A stretch of 63,081 nucleotides of DNA, filler included, from Nemertoderma westbladi (lineage: Eukaryota > Animalia > Xenacoelomorpha), in assembly GCA_032718475.1 (NCBI GenBank). It is 4 parts of 4 records of this genome, joined end to end, with 100 filler letters (N's around TTAATTAATTAA, not from the genome) between each part and the next. Parts side by side here need not be neighbours in the genome. Positions count along the whole stretch, not along the records: positions 1 to 24,631 come from JAUCBJ010008905.1; positions 24,732 to 41,306 come from JAUCBJ010001046.1; 2 more parts are not named here. One strand, given 5' to 3'. Shown in pieces: positions 22,647 through 35,983 of the stretch. Numbering within the stretch: the first letter of the stretch is position 1; every line of letters starts with the position of its first letter. Under the pieces are notes generated by a model that worked only from the letters and a program-made list of their open reading frames with translations, did not search any database and was not told the origin of the DNA. A program made the translations under genes and the position numbers.

Positions 22647-24631
22647 CAGTAATGTCAGTGATCCACATCAACAGCCCAACCTAGAAAATACATTAGATAT
22701 TCGATCCGCAACATATAACTGCCGTGGATTTAATACCAGCTGTGACTACATATCTGATCTATTATCGTCATTAGACTTACTAGCAATTCAGGAACACTGG
22801 CTTGACTCTGTGGAGGGTCGCTTGCTACTGCCTAATTTAGATACAGAATTCGATTGTGTATTCTCCACTTCACAAAGTATTCTCCACCCCAATTCTACTC
22901 GGGGTGTTGGGGGTGTTGCATTATGGTTTAGGAAAGGGATTTTCTCAAGTATATCAAGGGTACTGTCTTCAGATGATATAATTGGAATTAGGGCTAAAAT
23001 TGCGGGATACCCTACACCGTTACTAGTTTTATCATGTTATGCACCTGATAGCTCAAAGGATGTATCTTCTTACGACAATTTCTTGGGTAGGTTGGTCTCA
23101 ACTGTCAATATTCATGGAGACTGTATACCAATCATTCTTGCAGACACCAATTCTGATGTTGGTCCCCTGCAAGGCCCACGATGTCAGCGGGATAAAGCTA
23201 CTCCTAGAGGCTACAGGATAGATAACTTTCTTTGTTCCAATGAGCTACTGCTTGCTGATACATCGGCTAAATTTTCAGGTCCTCCAATAACCTTCAGAGG
23301 ACATGGACAGTCATACATCGACCATGTTATAACTAACAACTACGGTATGGAAAACTTAGTGAATGGTGAAGTTCTGGCTGAGGATCCCTGTAATAATTTA
23401 TCAGATCATGTCCCAGTTCTGGCAAATTTCAGATTTAGGTTAGAGATTGAGACAAATAGAGTACGCCAAACATCAATACCCATAACTAAATTTGCATGGT
23501 TCCGAGCAACAAAATCACAGACTGATGAATACAATAGGATTGTCAATGAGGGTATCAACAGTTTAAAATCTAGCATAACGTTACATTACATGAAATGGAC
23601 CTACTTGGACCTAGAAACATTCTCATCAGATCTACAGAACATTGTACTTGATGCTGCAACCAAAACACTCCCGAAGGTAAAAAAGATAAAACTATCCAAG
23701 AATATTAGAATACGCTCTTCTGTTCTAACGGCGAGGTGTAAGACAACAAAACAGCTATACGACTGTTGGTGTAAACAGGGGAAACCTCCAGATAGCCCAG
23801 TAAGAGACGCATTAAAAGACTCGAAGCGGTCAGTAAAGAGACTAAGGAATTGGTTGGCTAAAACTACAGTCTCTCACAGAGTTAATTGCAATAGCAAATT
23901 ATTGAGAACCAATCCCAAGATGTTCTGGAATAAATTAAACCCAAAGGAAACAACAAATCCACCCGATAAGGTAATCGAAACAATAAGAACCCAACTGTCT
24001 GCTAACCACCAAAAAGCGAATGGCTATGATGATGCAATAGATCAACTCAAAAGGGATATTCAAAACGACTGTGATGCTAGAGATGACATCCCAACAATTA
24101 CAGCTGCGGGTGTGAAAAGGGCTATTATGGCCATTTCAAAAGGAAAGGCGCCAGACATAGGATCGCTGACCATTGAACACATTCTGTCACTAGACTCGGA
24201 TATAATATGTGCAGAGCTCTCAAAGATTTACAATGCATGTATTGCTTTAGGTGAAACACCCTTACATTTTGGTCAGACAATAATAACTAGCCTACACAAA
24301 GGCAAGGGCAGAAAAATAAATTTAGCAACTTCATATCGCCCGATCTCCACTGTCCGTCTCCTAGCAAAAATATTTGAATCCCTTCTGCTTCAAGAGTACT
24401 TATCGGCACCAAGTTTTATACATCCGTCACAGCTGGCATATCAACCTAAAATCGGGACTGATCTCATTCTCAGCGCTGTGCTGGAATGTCTGGAGTACCA
24501 GAGGCGATGTGGGAATACCATCTACTTATGCCAGCTGGATATTAAATCAGCGTTCGATAATGTTGACTACGTAATCTTGTTCAAGAAAATGAGAGCCCAC
24601 ATAAACCCATATATCTGCCGCATCATCCTGT
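22615..24631 (+). CDS. LINE ORF2: AP endonuclease + N-terminal part of reverse transcriptase (truncated by gap)
   Basis: ATYNCRG, IQEHWL, GGVA, SYIDHV, SDHVPV; KGKAPD, SYRPIS, QLAYQP, LDIKSAFDNV. Confidence 0.93.
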
Positions 24632-24731
24632 NNNNNNNNNNNNNNNNNNNNNNNNNNNNNNNNNNNNNNNNNNNNTTAATTAATTAANNNNNNNNNNNNN
24701 NNNNNNNNNNNNNNNNNNNNNNNNNNNNNNN
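24632..24731. other. Artificial contig spacer (N-TTAATTAATTAA-N)
   Basis: The same 100-nt spacer occurs three times. Confidence 0.95.
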
Positions 24732-24757
24732 AAAAAAATACTACCTGACTACTGTAG

Positions 24758-25048
24758 GCCTACTATAGGGCTATCAGGCTATAGGTATATCTGTATTGCA
24801 GTATTGCGTCAGCAAGTCAGCTGATCAGTCTGTCAGTCCTGCCAACCTTCAGTCAGGGTCTCAGGGACAGGGAGTAGGCCTACCACCTACTGCCGACTAG
24901 TCGGCAGTAGGTGGTAGGCCTACTCCCTGTCCCTGACTGAAGGTTGGCAGGACTGACAGAAGTCGGCAGTAGGTGGTAGGCCTACTCCCTGTCCCTGACT
25001 GAAGGTTGGCAGGACTGACAGACTGATCAGCTGACTGGCTGACGCAAT
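24758..25048. repeat. Long palindrome centred on gactagtc (~24899); right arm continues at 31744-31790
   Basis: Arms are reverse complements, with an internal direct duplication in the right arm. Confidence 0.85.
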
Positions 25049-27524
25049 CAGTCGGTGAGAAGTCAAAAATTGGACTTGAGTCCAAAATTGGACTTCGACT
25101 CCAGTTCAAGTCCAAAATTGGACTTCTGTGAGTCCAATATTGGACTTCAAATCAGCCAATTGTTCCAGGGCCTTGGGTAATAGGATCGGGCGGGATTTTT
25201 TTTCTTTAATCGAAAATATATCAAAAAATAAGAGTTTTGAACAGGGGGACCTGAAATTCACCAGGGGGAACACTTTTTATAAGGCTTTGAATTTTTACAA
25301 AAGTCCAATATTGGACTTTAAGTCCAATTTTGGAGGTGACATTGAGAATCGAACTTAAAGGTACATGAAGCATGACAGATGAGAGACAGCCAGACAGCTG
25401 TTAAGTTATGGAAAGTTACCTTTGCAGCTCTGTATGTATCTTCAGTGTACTGACTGTACTGTACTTAGAATATAATGGTACATTCTAGCATTATAGGTAC
25501 TTTGTACTTTACATTTAGCATATTCAGATATTGTTTAGTTCACAATTTACATTCATGTTATGTCTAACCTTGACCTTACAGCCTTATGTACCCAGGACTT
25601 TATAGTGTCTTTAGGACTAGATTAGATTATGCTCCAACAAATATTTAATTACAAATTATATTTGGTGGATACTGGTAGCAATGCCAGGTTAGCCAACTGC
25701 AGCTGCTGCTAAGGCTAACTACAGTACAAGCTACGATTTCGTCTAAGGCTATGGGAGCCCTATCAGAAAGAAATACTACAAGTTGATGCTACCACCATCT
25801 CTTCTAATTTTTCCATACAACAGGAAGGGTATTATAAAACAGCTGGATAACAGGATAATGAAATGGGATTAGTAACTGATTAACGCGTTGGGGTCTCCAC
25901 ATAATAAGTACAGAAGTAACAAGTAACACACGTCATAATCATAAACCAATTGAGGGAAAGGAACAGGTTACAGACTGACAGAGGCAGGCTTTTCTAACTA
26001 AAACAATAAACGGCCACTTTTGACTTTACCAATTGTAGGAATCAATAAACATTAACTCAATAACATAATAGCGGTCAGCCTAAACACCCAACTACACCCA
26101 ACTTTCACCCAACTACACCCAACTACACCCAACTTTCACCCAACTACACCCAACTACACCCAACTTTCACCCAACTACACCCAACTACACCCAACTACAC
26201 CCAACTTTCACCCAACTACACCCAACTTTCAGCCAACTACACCCACACAGTTCCACCCCACTACACCCAACTTCCACTGCACTTCCACTTCCACTCTGCA
26301 TCCAACTTACACAAAACTATACCTACTGTATGGCACCAAACTTCCACAAATTACAATATGTACAGTAACCAACTCTTCGAGGAATTGCTGAGATATGAGC
26401 TTTTAAATGTTTCATGTACTGTATGTTGCCCCCACTGCTGAGCAATTATGAAAATAACAAACTAACGTTTTATATTTATTGCAGGTTGGTTCTAGAATAA
26501 TTGATGAATTTAGCAATAAATAAACAAAGGAGAGACGCAGAGACTATTGACGAACGATCCAAGCTAGAGTATAAAACTAAACTGGCGCTGTGGGATTGTG
26601 GTGAAAATGAAAACGGTATTGATACACAGGAGGGTCACCGTCACAGCCTTAACGACGAAATCGCATTGGAAACTTCTGTTATGGGAATAGCAATGCAGAT
26701 AATTCGTACAAAGTTAATGGACATAAGTTCTATATTATACAGTATGTTTAATGCAATTATAATAATGTAATTATCCTTTATGTATCATAGAATACAAGAA
26801 AAAGAACTGTAACATTATTTTCAGCAGCTTTATTTTAATCTTGGGCCCATGTAAACACTTTCTGCCGTTATATATTTAACTTTGCAGTTGCCCCCATGTG
26901 AAGAATCCCAGGTTTTCATTAAAATCACAGGTTACAAAAGGGCTGAATCTAACCAAAACAATAAACGAAATTTAGCCGTATCAAAACGAAACGTATCAAA
27001 AAGATAAATTAAAAAAAATAAAAAATCTTCATACATAAAATTCCAATAAAATGTCGACCGAAAAGTGAAATCCTGGTATTATTCACATGGACGAACTTTA
27101 TGGCCTTTATATTAATTAATTTTTAACGAAACAACAGCAATAATTTTAGAACATTTTACATTTTTGATAAACTAAAAGGGGATCTGGTAAGATCTGTACA
27201 GGTCAAGGGAATTTCTGCAAGGAACTTATTATGATCTTCACATACAGGCGATGCCAGAATGGACAAGATCTCTACAGTATGAGAATCGATAAGATCGTTA
27301 TACATTACAGATCTTACAGTAGTAGAAATAATAATTCATCACACTAGGGTAGAGAATTGCAGACGTTGATCAACGTAATCATATAGACGCGGCTTGTGGT
27401 CTCTAGTACATACTGTACAGTATATGTACAGTAGGATATGACAATATTCAGCTTATTTTATTACAAACAACGAAATGGGAGAAGTGTATTTAATCTTTCA
27501 GACATTCCACCCATTCGAAAATCC

Positions 27525-27840
27525 TCACGTGATCAACATTGAGGTTTCCAAACTAATGTGTGCATTGTACTTGACACAATGAACCCGGCGTAGCATTCTT
27601 GTGAATGTGCCATCCAGAGATTTGGTGTCCTCAGCAGTTAGAGCCCAGCATGGACTCCCGTAGAGGAGTACTGGAACTACTGCTGCTCTAAATAATCGGA
27701 CCTTGAGTTTCCGATTAATTCTCGGTGACTTCCAAATCCTGGAAAGCCTATTCAAGGCTGCCCATGCCTTTCCCTTACGTATTCGAAGGTCCTCATCTGA
27801 CTTCCGGATCCATGATCCCAGGTAACAGAAGTTGTCCACA
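27525..27840 (-). mobile_element. RTE family B fragment
   Basis: FCYLGSWIRKS..RIRKGKAWAALNRL nearly identical to the copies at 47486 and 53976. Confidence 0.9.
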
Positions 27841-28329
27841 TTGTAAAAGCTTTTGTGGGATAACTGATTCGTTTGCCTTGCTGGCCAGTTCCCCCCCGGT
27901 CGCTAGAATACTCTAAAAGGGATCTATAGGTAAAATAGTGCAAGCTACCAGCTTATTGGCTGATGGGCTGTACGAAGGTATCTGGGTTCTGTTCGATCGG
28001 CCAACCAGCTTAGGGAGGTTGCCTTAGCCCTGCTGTCCGTATCGGCCAATAGAATTTGAGTGGGCGTTGATTTTGACCTATCCCAGAGCTACTGAACTGA
28101 ATTTCCTATCTGTATGCTCATCCTCTGTGTTGGACGGGAGCTTCGGGGAATAAGGGTAGTTGGTATCCTCGTATAGGGATCTAGTCATATGATTCTTCAT
28201 ATGATTCTGTTGTTGTGTTCCCATTTTCCGCCATAACACCGGCTTTTGGGAAGAACTCCAGTAAAACTGCTTAAATTATCGAAAGTATAACTGTTACCTT
28301 ACTTACTTACCTTACCTAACTCACTTAAT

Positions 28330-28765
28330 TTAACTGCACTAATCATATTGTTTGTACTGTTATTTACCGTCAGTTATTAATTGTATATATTTGTTGATGA
28401 ATTATTGCCCTTTGGAGAATACGGATAAATCACCCAAAATTCCCAATTTTCTTGATACACTACAGGTTAGAGAGACAGGCTATACATAACAATTGCGATT
28501 TATATCAATGTGGTGTGTATTGAATCTAATGTTATTTAGCAGACCCTACATGAGTCAATTGCTGCTCTCTTTATGTGTGATCAAGTTTACTGACGGTCGG
28601 CAGAGTAGTGTGCATGATTGTGAGTGTGACTGGTAACAAAGCATTTCCTAAAGAATGCGCCTTATACTTTAATCATAAGCAGTATCGTTGCGTTTAGTAT
28701 AAGTCCTAGTTCTGTTTAAATAGATAGAGCGCCACGTCCTAAAGGAACTGTTAATATTTCCCGAA
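28330..28765. repeat. Dispersed repeat; inverted homolog at ~41790-42230
   Basis: gagcgccacgtcctaaaggaactgttaatatttcccg and aaagcatttcctaaagaatgcgc are shared. Confidence 0.8.
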
Positions 28766-29044
28766 AGCCAATAATATCTGTCAGAAATTAATTATTAAAG
28801 ATCTATCGAATAATACAGTAGGTTTACACTGCAACCTTACACTGCAATAATAAAATTTAAGCATCCGAATTCAGCCTCCCGGGTGTAGATCCATCGGGTG
28901 AATGATCGCGCATGGGCTGACTTCGGCTAATGTTTTGTTTATTAGCATAAAATATTGTCGTATGCTAAAGGTGTTTTAATTAACTAAAAGACATATAAAT
29001 TTTGGCAGGTTAAACTGCTAAAGGTCTTCAAAAGCGCGAACACA

Positions 29045-29270
29045 CATGCTCAAGCATACCATCCTTTGAGATTATGCTCATCCGATCAGAGACTTGCTGA
29101 GGCACTTTCAAAGTTAACTGTCAAAATTGTGGTCTTTCTGGAGGTAATAAAAAGACCAAAACTAGAAGCAGAATGTTCTAATGAGCTGAGGAGCCGTTGG
29201 GCTCCCTCTAAAGTACTCCTAAGTCATCAGCAAAGTCTATCTGATCAACATTGAGGTTTCCAAGCTAAAT
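29045..29270 (-). mobile_element. RTE family B fragment
   Basis: Matches ~54556-54765 with substitutions. Confidence 0.85.
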
Positions 29271-29529
29271 TCTCACATGTGAATGAATAATATGTCACAC
29301 ACTTTAGGTATGTTGCTACATAGTCGGATCCCAAGTGGGGTTTCTCATCGGGCTTTAATGTGGATCAGTTGGCGAAAATCTTCAAAAGTTACTTACGAAT
29401 GAATTTTTCGTTACAGACAGACAAGCGGACAGAACGACCTACTGGAGATGAAATTTTGCCCTATTTTTACTAATTGCAATTGTGCGCTAAGGCTTGCCCT
29501 GACTGCGTGACTCGTCCCACAGAGCACCA

Positions 29530-29750
29530 AACTCTCCAACCAACTACACTCAACTTTGACTCACTTTCACCCAACTACACTCCACTTCCACCCAACTCTC
29601 ACCCAACTACACCCAACTTTCAACCAACTACCCCCAACAACACCCAACTTTCACCCAACTACACCCAATTCTCCACCCAACTACACCCAACTATCACCCA
29701 ACTACAGTACACTCAACATTGTCTCACTTCCACCCAACTACACTTACCTT
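29530..29750. repeat. Degenerate cacccaact 10-11 bp tandem repeat (third block of this motif)
   Basis: Same motif as the foldback TIR arrays. Confidence 0.8.
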
Positions 29751-32700
29751 TCACCACTTTCTCGCAGGTCAGGATTTTTGAAAATAAAAAATTATAAAGC
29801 AAATTATAAAATTGTCAAAAACCATACAAATCCTAATCTACGTCGCTTTTTGGATGTGAAGATGAGTAGGACATACAGTACAATATATCTAATGTTTAGT
29901 TCTGAGGCATAACAGCGAGAACATGCGAGCCACGTAGTAAAGGCGAGCCTTAACGCACTATGATAATTAGTAAATACTGGAAAATTTATTTCGAGTTATT
30001 ATCATATTCGAGTTAGTGAAATATTGAAACGAGGGACCGAAGTGAGATAAAAGTACATTATACACTATAATACGTTGTTTTATTGTTAAATTTCTTGATT
30101 ACTTAACGCTCGTCTATGGACGAGCCGCAAATAATCCATCTATCTACTATATTTACGGCTTGTCCAAGGACAAGCGTTAAGTAATTCAGAAATTTAACAA
30201 TAAAATATTATAATTATCCTTTGTATCATATTACAAGAAAGATTGTAACATACAGTAGTCTTTATTTTCAACAGTTTTATTCTAAACTTCGTGGCCTTTA
30301 TATTAATTTGATCTTATCTTTCGTTTATTATTTTGGTTCCATGAGAAATTTATTATTCGCCTATATTATACAGAAAGTACTTTATTTGCTAACCATTAAG
30401 ATTGGATCAGGGAGCCAAATGGAGTGTAAACTTGAGACATGTAAAATGTAATGAGAAATGTAAAAAGTTCTAAAATTATTTCTGTTGTTTCGTTAAAAAT
30501 TAATTAATACAGTATAAAGGCCATAACGTTTAAGATAAAGAAGCTGAAAATAATGTTACAGTTTATTTTCTTGTATTTTATGATACATAAAGGATAATTA
30601 CATTATTATAATTGCATTAAACATACTGTATAATATAGAACTTATGTCCATTAACTTTGTACGAATTATCTGCATTGCTATTCCCACAGCAGAAGTTTCC
30701 AATAATGCGATTTCGTCGTTAAGGCTGTGACGGTGACCCTCCTGTGTATCAATACCGTTTTCATTTTCACCGCAATCCCACAGCGCCAGTTTAGTTTGTA
30801 CTGTAGCTTAGTTTGGAGTTTTGATGCGTGGTATGTGTAGACATCTATAGGTATCTGGATCGTTCGTCAATAGTCTCTGTGTCTCTCCTTTGTATATTTA
30901 TTGCTAAATTCATCAATTATTCTAGAATCAACCTGCAATAAAAATAAAATGTTAGTTAGTTATTTTCATAATTGCAGGGCAGTGATGGCAAAATACAGCA
31001 CGAGTACATGCAACTTTTAAAAGTTCATATCTCAGCAATTCTTCAAAGAAGTTCAGAGTTTGTTACTGTACATATTGTAATTTGTGGAAGATAGGTGCCA
31101 TACAGTATAGTTTGGTGTAAGTTGGATGCTGTTGTGTTGAAGTTGGGTGTAGTTGGTGAAAGTTGGGTGTAGTTGGGTGGTAGTTGGGTGAAAGTTGGGT
31201 GTAGTTGGGTGAAAGTTGGGTGTAGTTGGGTGTAGTTGGGTGTAGTTGGGTGAAAGTTGGGTGTAGTTGGGTGATTAGGCTGACCCCATAATAGCAATAG
31301 AGTATATACAGTTTACAGTAGTCTTATTTTTGCCATACGAAAATACCACAGGTATGGCAGTATGGGTATGAATGAACTATACAGCTATAACTCAACTACG
31401 CTACCGCGGTATACACCGCTAAGGCAGTAAGGCTACCGCAAAGCTATACCACTATAGCGCAAAAAGTAACTACTAACAGACTAATGTCTGACTGTACGTG
31501 TGCGATCCCTGTTTATAATACATATAATAATTAATTTGATCATTAAAATAATGTTGCATTGTAATTATGTAATATATATGTACTGATACGGGATGCAGTT
31601 TTGATTTAAATACCGATATACAGTATGGCAGCATGGGTACACTTGAAGTTGTACTAAAGTCCAATATTGGACTTTGGAGTCCAAAATTGGACTTGATGTC
31701 TAAAATTGGACTTGAAGTCCAATTTTTGACTTCTCACCGACTGGCAATACTGCAATACAGATATACCTATAGCCTGATAGCTATATAGTAGGGTATACTG
31801 GGGTAATTCCGGACAAAATTTTAATTTTTCACACCTCCTGACCTCACCAACTAAAATTTTGAGTCAGCAGTATGCTATGCAGTAGGCCTACCGTTTGCCG
31901 TTCCGTTTTCCGTTACAGCAACATTATTATTGTACCGGTACTGTAGAACTGTAGTAGGCCTACTGTACTGCTGTAGTCAGGTAGTAGCAGTAGCCAGTAT
32001 GCAGTAGGCCTACCCTACTGCCCTACAGGCTACAGCTACCGGCTATAGCTGTCTTGCTGTACCTGTCAGCCAGTCCTGTAGGCCTACCAGTCTGGCTGTA
32101 CCATACCAACAACCAACACCAAGCAGCCAAGGCCAGAAGGAAAGGAATAGAAGACAGACAAACAGGCCGTGCGATATTATTAATTAATTCTGTAATTGAA
32201 ATCATGAATATGCACAATAAAAATTCGCTCGCATATTTCAGTATTTTTCAAACTACCGGTACCTTAAACCTTTCTGCCTTTTAAACTAACTTTTCAAACA
32301 TTTATCCATTCTTCAAACAGAAAATGTCTCTCTAGGCCTATATCATTTCACTATATAATAGGGCCTACTGTCTACTGATACCGGAGGTGTGGTGTACACT
32401 TTAAGTAATATACAGCCTGCACTAACAATAACGTCACCAGCGGTTGTTACAAATATTCCTCCTTTGTAGTCGTCAGACTTTTACTTACCATCGGTGGATG
32501 AGACTAGATGTCTGGCACTGGCAGTCTGGTACATAAGATGAATTCTACAACTTGCATATTACAGTATTAGATGTCATCCCAACTATCAGAGTCCCAACAA
32601 ATATAGGCCTACTCATTCAAGTTCCACAAGACTGGGCACCACTTCCACTTGTTCACAAAGTTGTTATCGCATCGCTCAATTCTGGAGAATTTCCACTGGC

Positions 32701-33757
32701 TGCAAAACAAGCCGTACTCAAGCCGGCCTTTAAAAAGCAAAAACTCGACTTAGAAAATCTTAAAAACTTCAGGCCGATCTCTAATCCGTCTTTTATTTCA
32801 AAGGTAATTGAAAACCACCAATTTGACAATCACCTTGAAGGTAATAACAATAACATTATTCCCTCATTTGTATCTGGATATAGAAAAAACAACTCAGTTG
32901 AGACTGCACTCTGTCGACTTCAAAACGACTTACTACAGGTTATTGATTTTAGAAAATTTGCAGCCTAAATAAATACTTATTGACCAATCGGCTACTTTTG
33001 ATTTTGTTGACAGTGACATATTTCATTTCATTTTAGCATCCGAGATAGGGCTCGGCCCCTTTAGGCCTATTATGATTAATTAAAATATACTATAAAATTA
33101 GGCAATTGTGAAATGTGAATGCACCTAAATTTAAAAACATGCACTGAATAAAATTAAAAACACCGAGATCTTTAAATGTTAATCTAAAATCAAAGTGGTT
33201 GATTTATCACACCTGAAGACGATAAAGCTCTTGAATAAACAGTAAATTGCGTACCAGTTTTATAGAGCATGTTAGTGATATTTAAGAAGCGTATCTGATC
33301 CATAATCTGGCCCCAAAAAGATCCATACTCCTTGAAAGACTGGAATATAGGAGTCCATGGAACGGTCTATAATTGGTTTCTATCATACAATACTAACAGG
33401 TCCTTTGTTGTTTATATAAGCGGGCAGGCCTCCAGAGTCATTGACTTACTGTCTGGCTGTCTGGAATACCACAGGAGAGAGCATTCTTGGGGCCATCCTC
33501 TTTCTGTCTTTGTAATTTATTACTGTTTGCCAGTCGTGTATGCCTGTGGCTGTGATCAACTGAAAGTCGATATACTGCTTATAGGACGCAGATCAAATTT
33601 CCATAATTTCGCTAACAGCTTCTCAGTTGAATTAGGTGGAAAGCTTATACCCGGAAAAAAACTCAGTAGCAACACTTGGTGTGATATTTGATTCCGAACT
33701 GCCCTTGCAAAAACATATTTCGATCTTAGTATCTTCGATAAATTATCATCTCAGGAA

Positions 33758-35983
33758 TAGGGTTCAACAGAAGGCACTTTATGGTGCCGAACCGAACCGA
33801 ACCGAAGCAGGGCCAACTTCGGGCCGAACCGAACCGAATCCGAACCGAAGTTCAGAAAGTTAGCAAGTTATGGTCATAAATTCGTATTTACGACACTATA
33901 CTGGCTGACTGGCAGTGGCAGACTGGTACCTATTTGGTCTGCGGACTTAGCGAGAAAGCTATGATTAATTAAAAAAATAAATACTACAAAATAAAATGCC
34001 AATATTTACATTACTGTACATTACTAACCTAAACTACTGTATACTTACTGTATGCATGCACTTACTGTATGCACCACATTTTCACCCGTAGTAAGCTGTA
34101 CAGTAGTGACATCAAATTTAGAAAACCTCACTAAAAGTACAGGTAGTCTTTGTAATACTATTTATATGAGGTAGTAGGTATATTTGGTATTATGTATCAA
34201 AGTTATGATTAATTAACAAATAGGGTACTACAAAGTAAAATGGCAATATTTAGCCTAACCTGGAAACAATTAAAAAAATAATGCCATTTAAATGGAAGTT
34301 CAGTCCAAAATTAAGGGTGTAAACGTTAAGCAGTGGTGCAGACACCTGGTGCGGCCAGTGGTGCAGACACTGGTGCAGACAGTGGTGCAGACAGTGGTGC
34401 AGACACTGATGCAGACAGTGGTGCAGACAGTGGTGCAGAGTGGTGCAGACACTGGTGCAGACACTGGTGCAGACAGTGGTGCAGACACTGGTGCGCAGAC
34501 AGTGGTGCAGACACTGGTGCGCAGACAGTGGTGCAGACACTGGTGCAGACACCTGGTGAAAATACTGAAATACCAGAGTACACAACACAATCACAAACAC
34601 AATACCACCCGGCAGTATTATATTATATTTTATCATAGACTTTATTATCTACAAATATGCGAGTAACTACTGAAAGGTTCCACGTGAAGTAGGGAGGACG
34701 TATGTAGTACAAGTCGGGGTGCGTGCGGGTGAATGTGCCCTGATTACAAATAATTCTAAGTGGTGTGTACGAAAGTAATTAATCGGTATTCCCGTTTTCA
34801 TATAAACAATAATGTCTATAAATTGTAAGCAGCAATGTCTCCAAGGAATGAGGTTTAAGCGACAGTGTTTGATTGTTTTTACATGACCTACTTTATACAG
34901 AGTATGTTTAATTTGTTTACCTTTACTGGAGCCACTGCTTATTACTGTATAATAAAACGAGCACATTAAGTTATTATCTCATGCTGGGGATATACATTCA
35001 CTAACTACAGTAAGGTCTCAGGAATTCTTAGCCCGCGAGTATTCTTAGCCTGCGAGTATTCTTGGCCCTTGGGTATTCTTAGCCTGCCAAACGATAACGT
35101 TTATTGTTTTGGTTCCCCCAATACTCCTCTGAAACCTGCTCCTTTACTAAACTGCTCCTTTACTAACCTGCTCGCCCCTTTACTGTCTGCACCAGTCTGC
35201 CAGTGTCTGTACCACTGTCTGCACCAGTGTCTGCACCTCTGTCTGCACCACTGTCTGCACCAGTGTCTGCACCACTGTCTGCACCAGTGTCTGCACCACT
35301 GTCTGCACCAGGTGTCTGCACCACTCTCTGCTCCACTGTCTGCACCAGTGTCTGCACCACTGTATCTGCACCAGTGTCTGCACCACTGTCTGCGCCACTG
35401 TCTGCACCACTGTCTGCACCACTGTCTGCACCACTGTCTGCACCAGTGTCTGCACCACTGCCTGCACCACTACCTGCATCACTGTCTGCACCACTGTCTG
35501 CACCAGTGTCTGCAGCACTGTCTGCACCAGTGTTTACACCACTGTCTGCACCACTGTCTGCACCAGTGTCTGCACCACTGTCTGCACCAGTGTTTGCACC
35601 ACTGTCTGCACCACTGTCTGCACCAATGTCTGCACCAATGTCTGCACAACTGTCTGCACCAGGTGTCTGCACCACTGTCTGCATCACTGTCTGCACCACT
35701 GTCTGCTCTGCACCAGTGTCTGCTTAACGTTTACACTCCAAAATTAATTAGTACAACGATGGACAGAATGATTAGTCTTACTGTCTTCTGGTCTTAGCTC
35801 AATCATAGCTTACTTTCTTCTGGTCTTAGCTCAATCATAGCTCAATCAGTCAATGTAATACTTGGAATATTTAGCAAAGTTTGCTCCGGGCTTCTGCAGT
35901 ATCAATTGCAGAAGCCGAACCGAACCGAAATTGCCAAACTTCGGCCCGAACCGAACCGAAGCCGAAGCTTCTGTTGAGCCCTA
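33758..35983. mobile_element. Non-autonomous hAT-like element
   Basis: TIRs tagggttcaacagaag / cttctgttgagcccta; 8-bp TSD ctcaggaa (33750-33757, 35984-35991); subterminal ccgaa repeats; L2 reading frame resumes after removal. Confidence 0.9.
34315..35738. mobile_element. Foldback/MULE-like element with inverted 12-bp arrays (gtggtgcagaca)
   Basis: TIR g(g/a)gtgtaaacgttaagcag; 9-bp TSD caaaattaa (34306-34314, 35739-35747); arrays 34331-34556 and 35185-35722 in opposite orientation. Confidence 0.88.

Larger units (their letters stand above)
17409..24631 (+). mobile_element. APE-type non-LTR retrotransposon with two open ORFs, cut off at the contig end (clade not assigned; RTEX/CR1/L2-like)
   Basis: Long ORF1 followed by an overlapping APE-RT ORF2; no stops in ~7 kb; 5' boundary approximate. 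Confidence 0.9.
26073..31286. mobile_element. Foldback/MULE-like element with ~0.8-1.1 kb TIRs containing cacccaact tandem repeats
   Basis: 26073-27170 is the inverted counterpart of ~30455-31286; flanking direct repeat cataatagc (26064-26072, 31287-31295). Confidence 0.8.
25049..31743. mobile_element. Non-autonomous TIR element with 5-bp TSD, carrying nested insertions
   Basis: TIR cagtcggtgagaagtcaaaaattggactt at both ends; TSD gcaat at 25044-25048 and 31744-31748; subterminal agtccaa.attggact palindromes. Confidence 0.85.

Noticed and set aside
24676-24687. TTAATTAATTAA within N runs as a biological motif
   Set aside because: Identical linker in all three gaps, so artificial
27850-28240. 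Coding-like segment on the minus strand (MAENGNTT..)
   Set aside because: Interrupted by stops; no recognisable motif
28860-28935. HDV-like ribozyme candidate
   Set aside because: Folds as a simple hairpin (ccgaattcagcc/ggctgacttcgg); no nested pseudoknot found
34250-35797. Cys/His-rich (CLHH)n, (SAPL)n and (VQTV)n ORFs as metal-binding proteins
   Set aside because: Translations of 12-bp arrays inside a TSD-bounded foldback element, open in most frames
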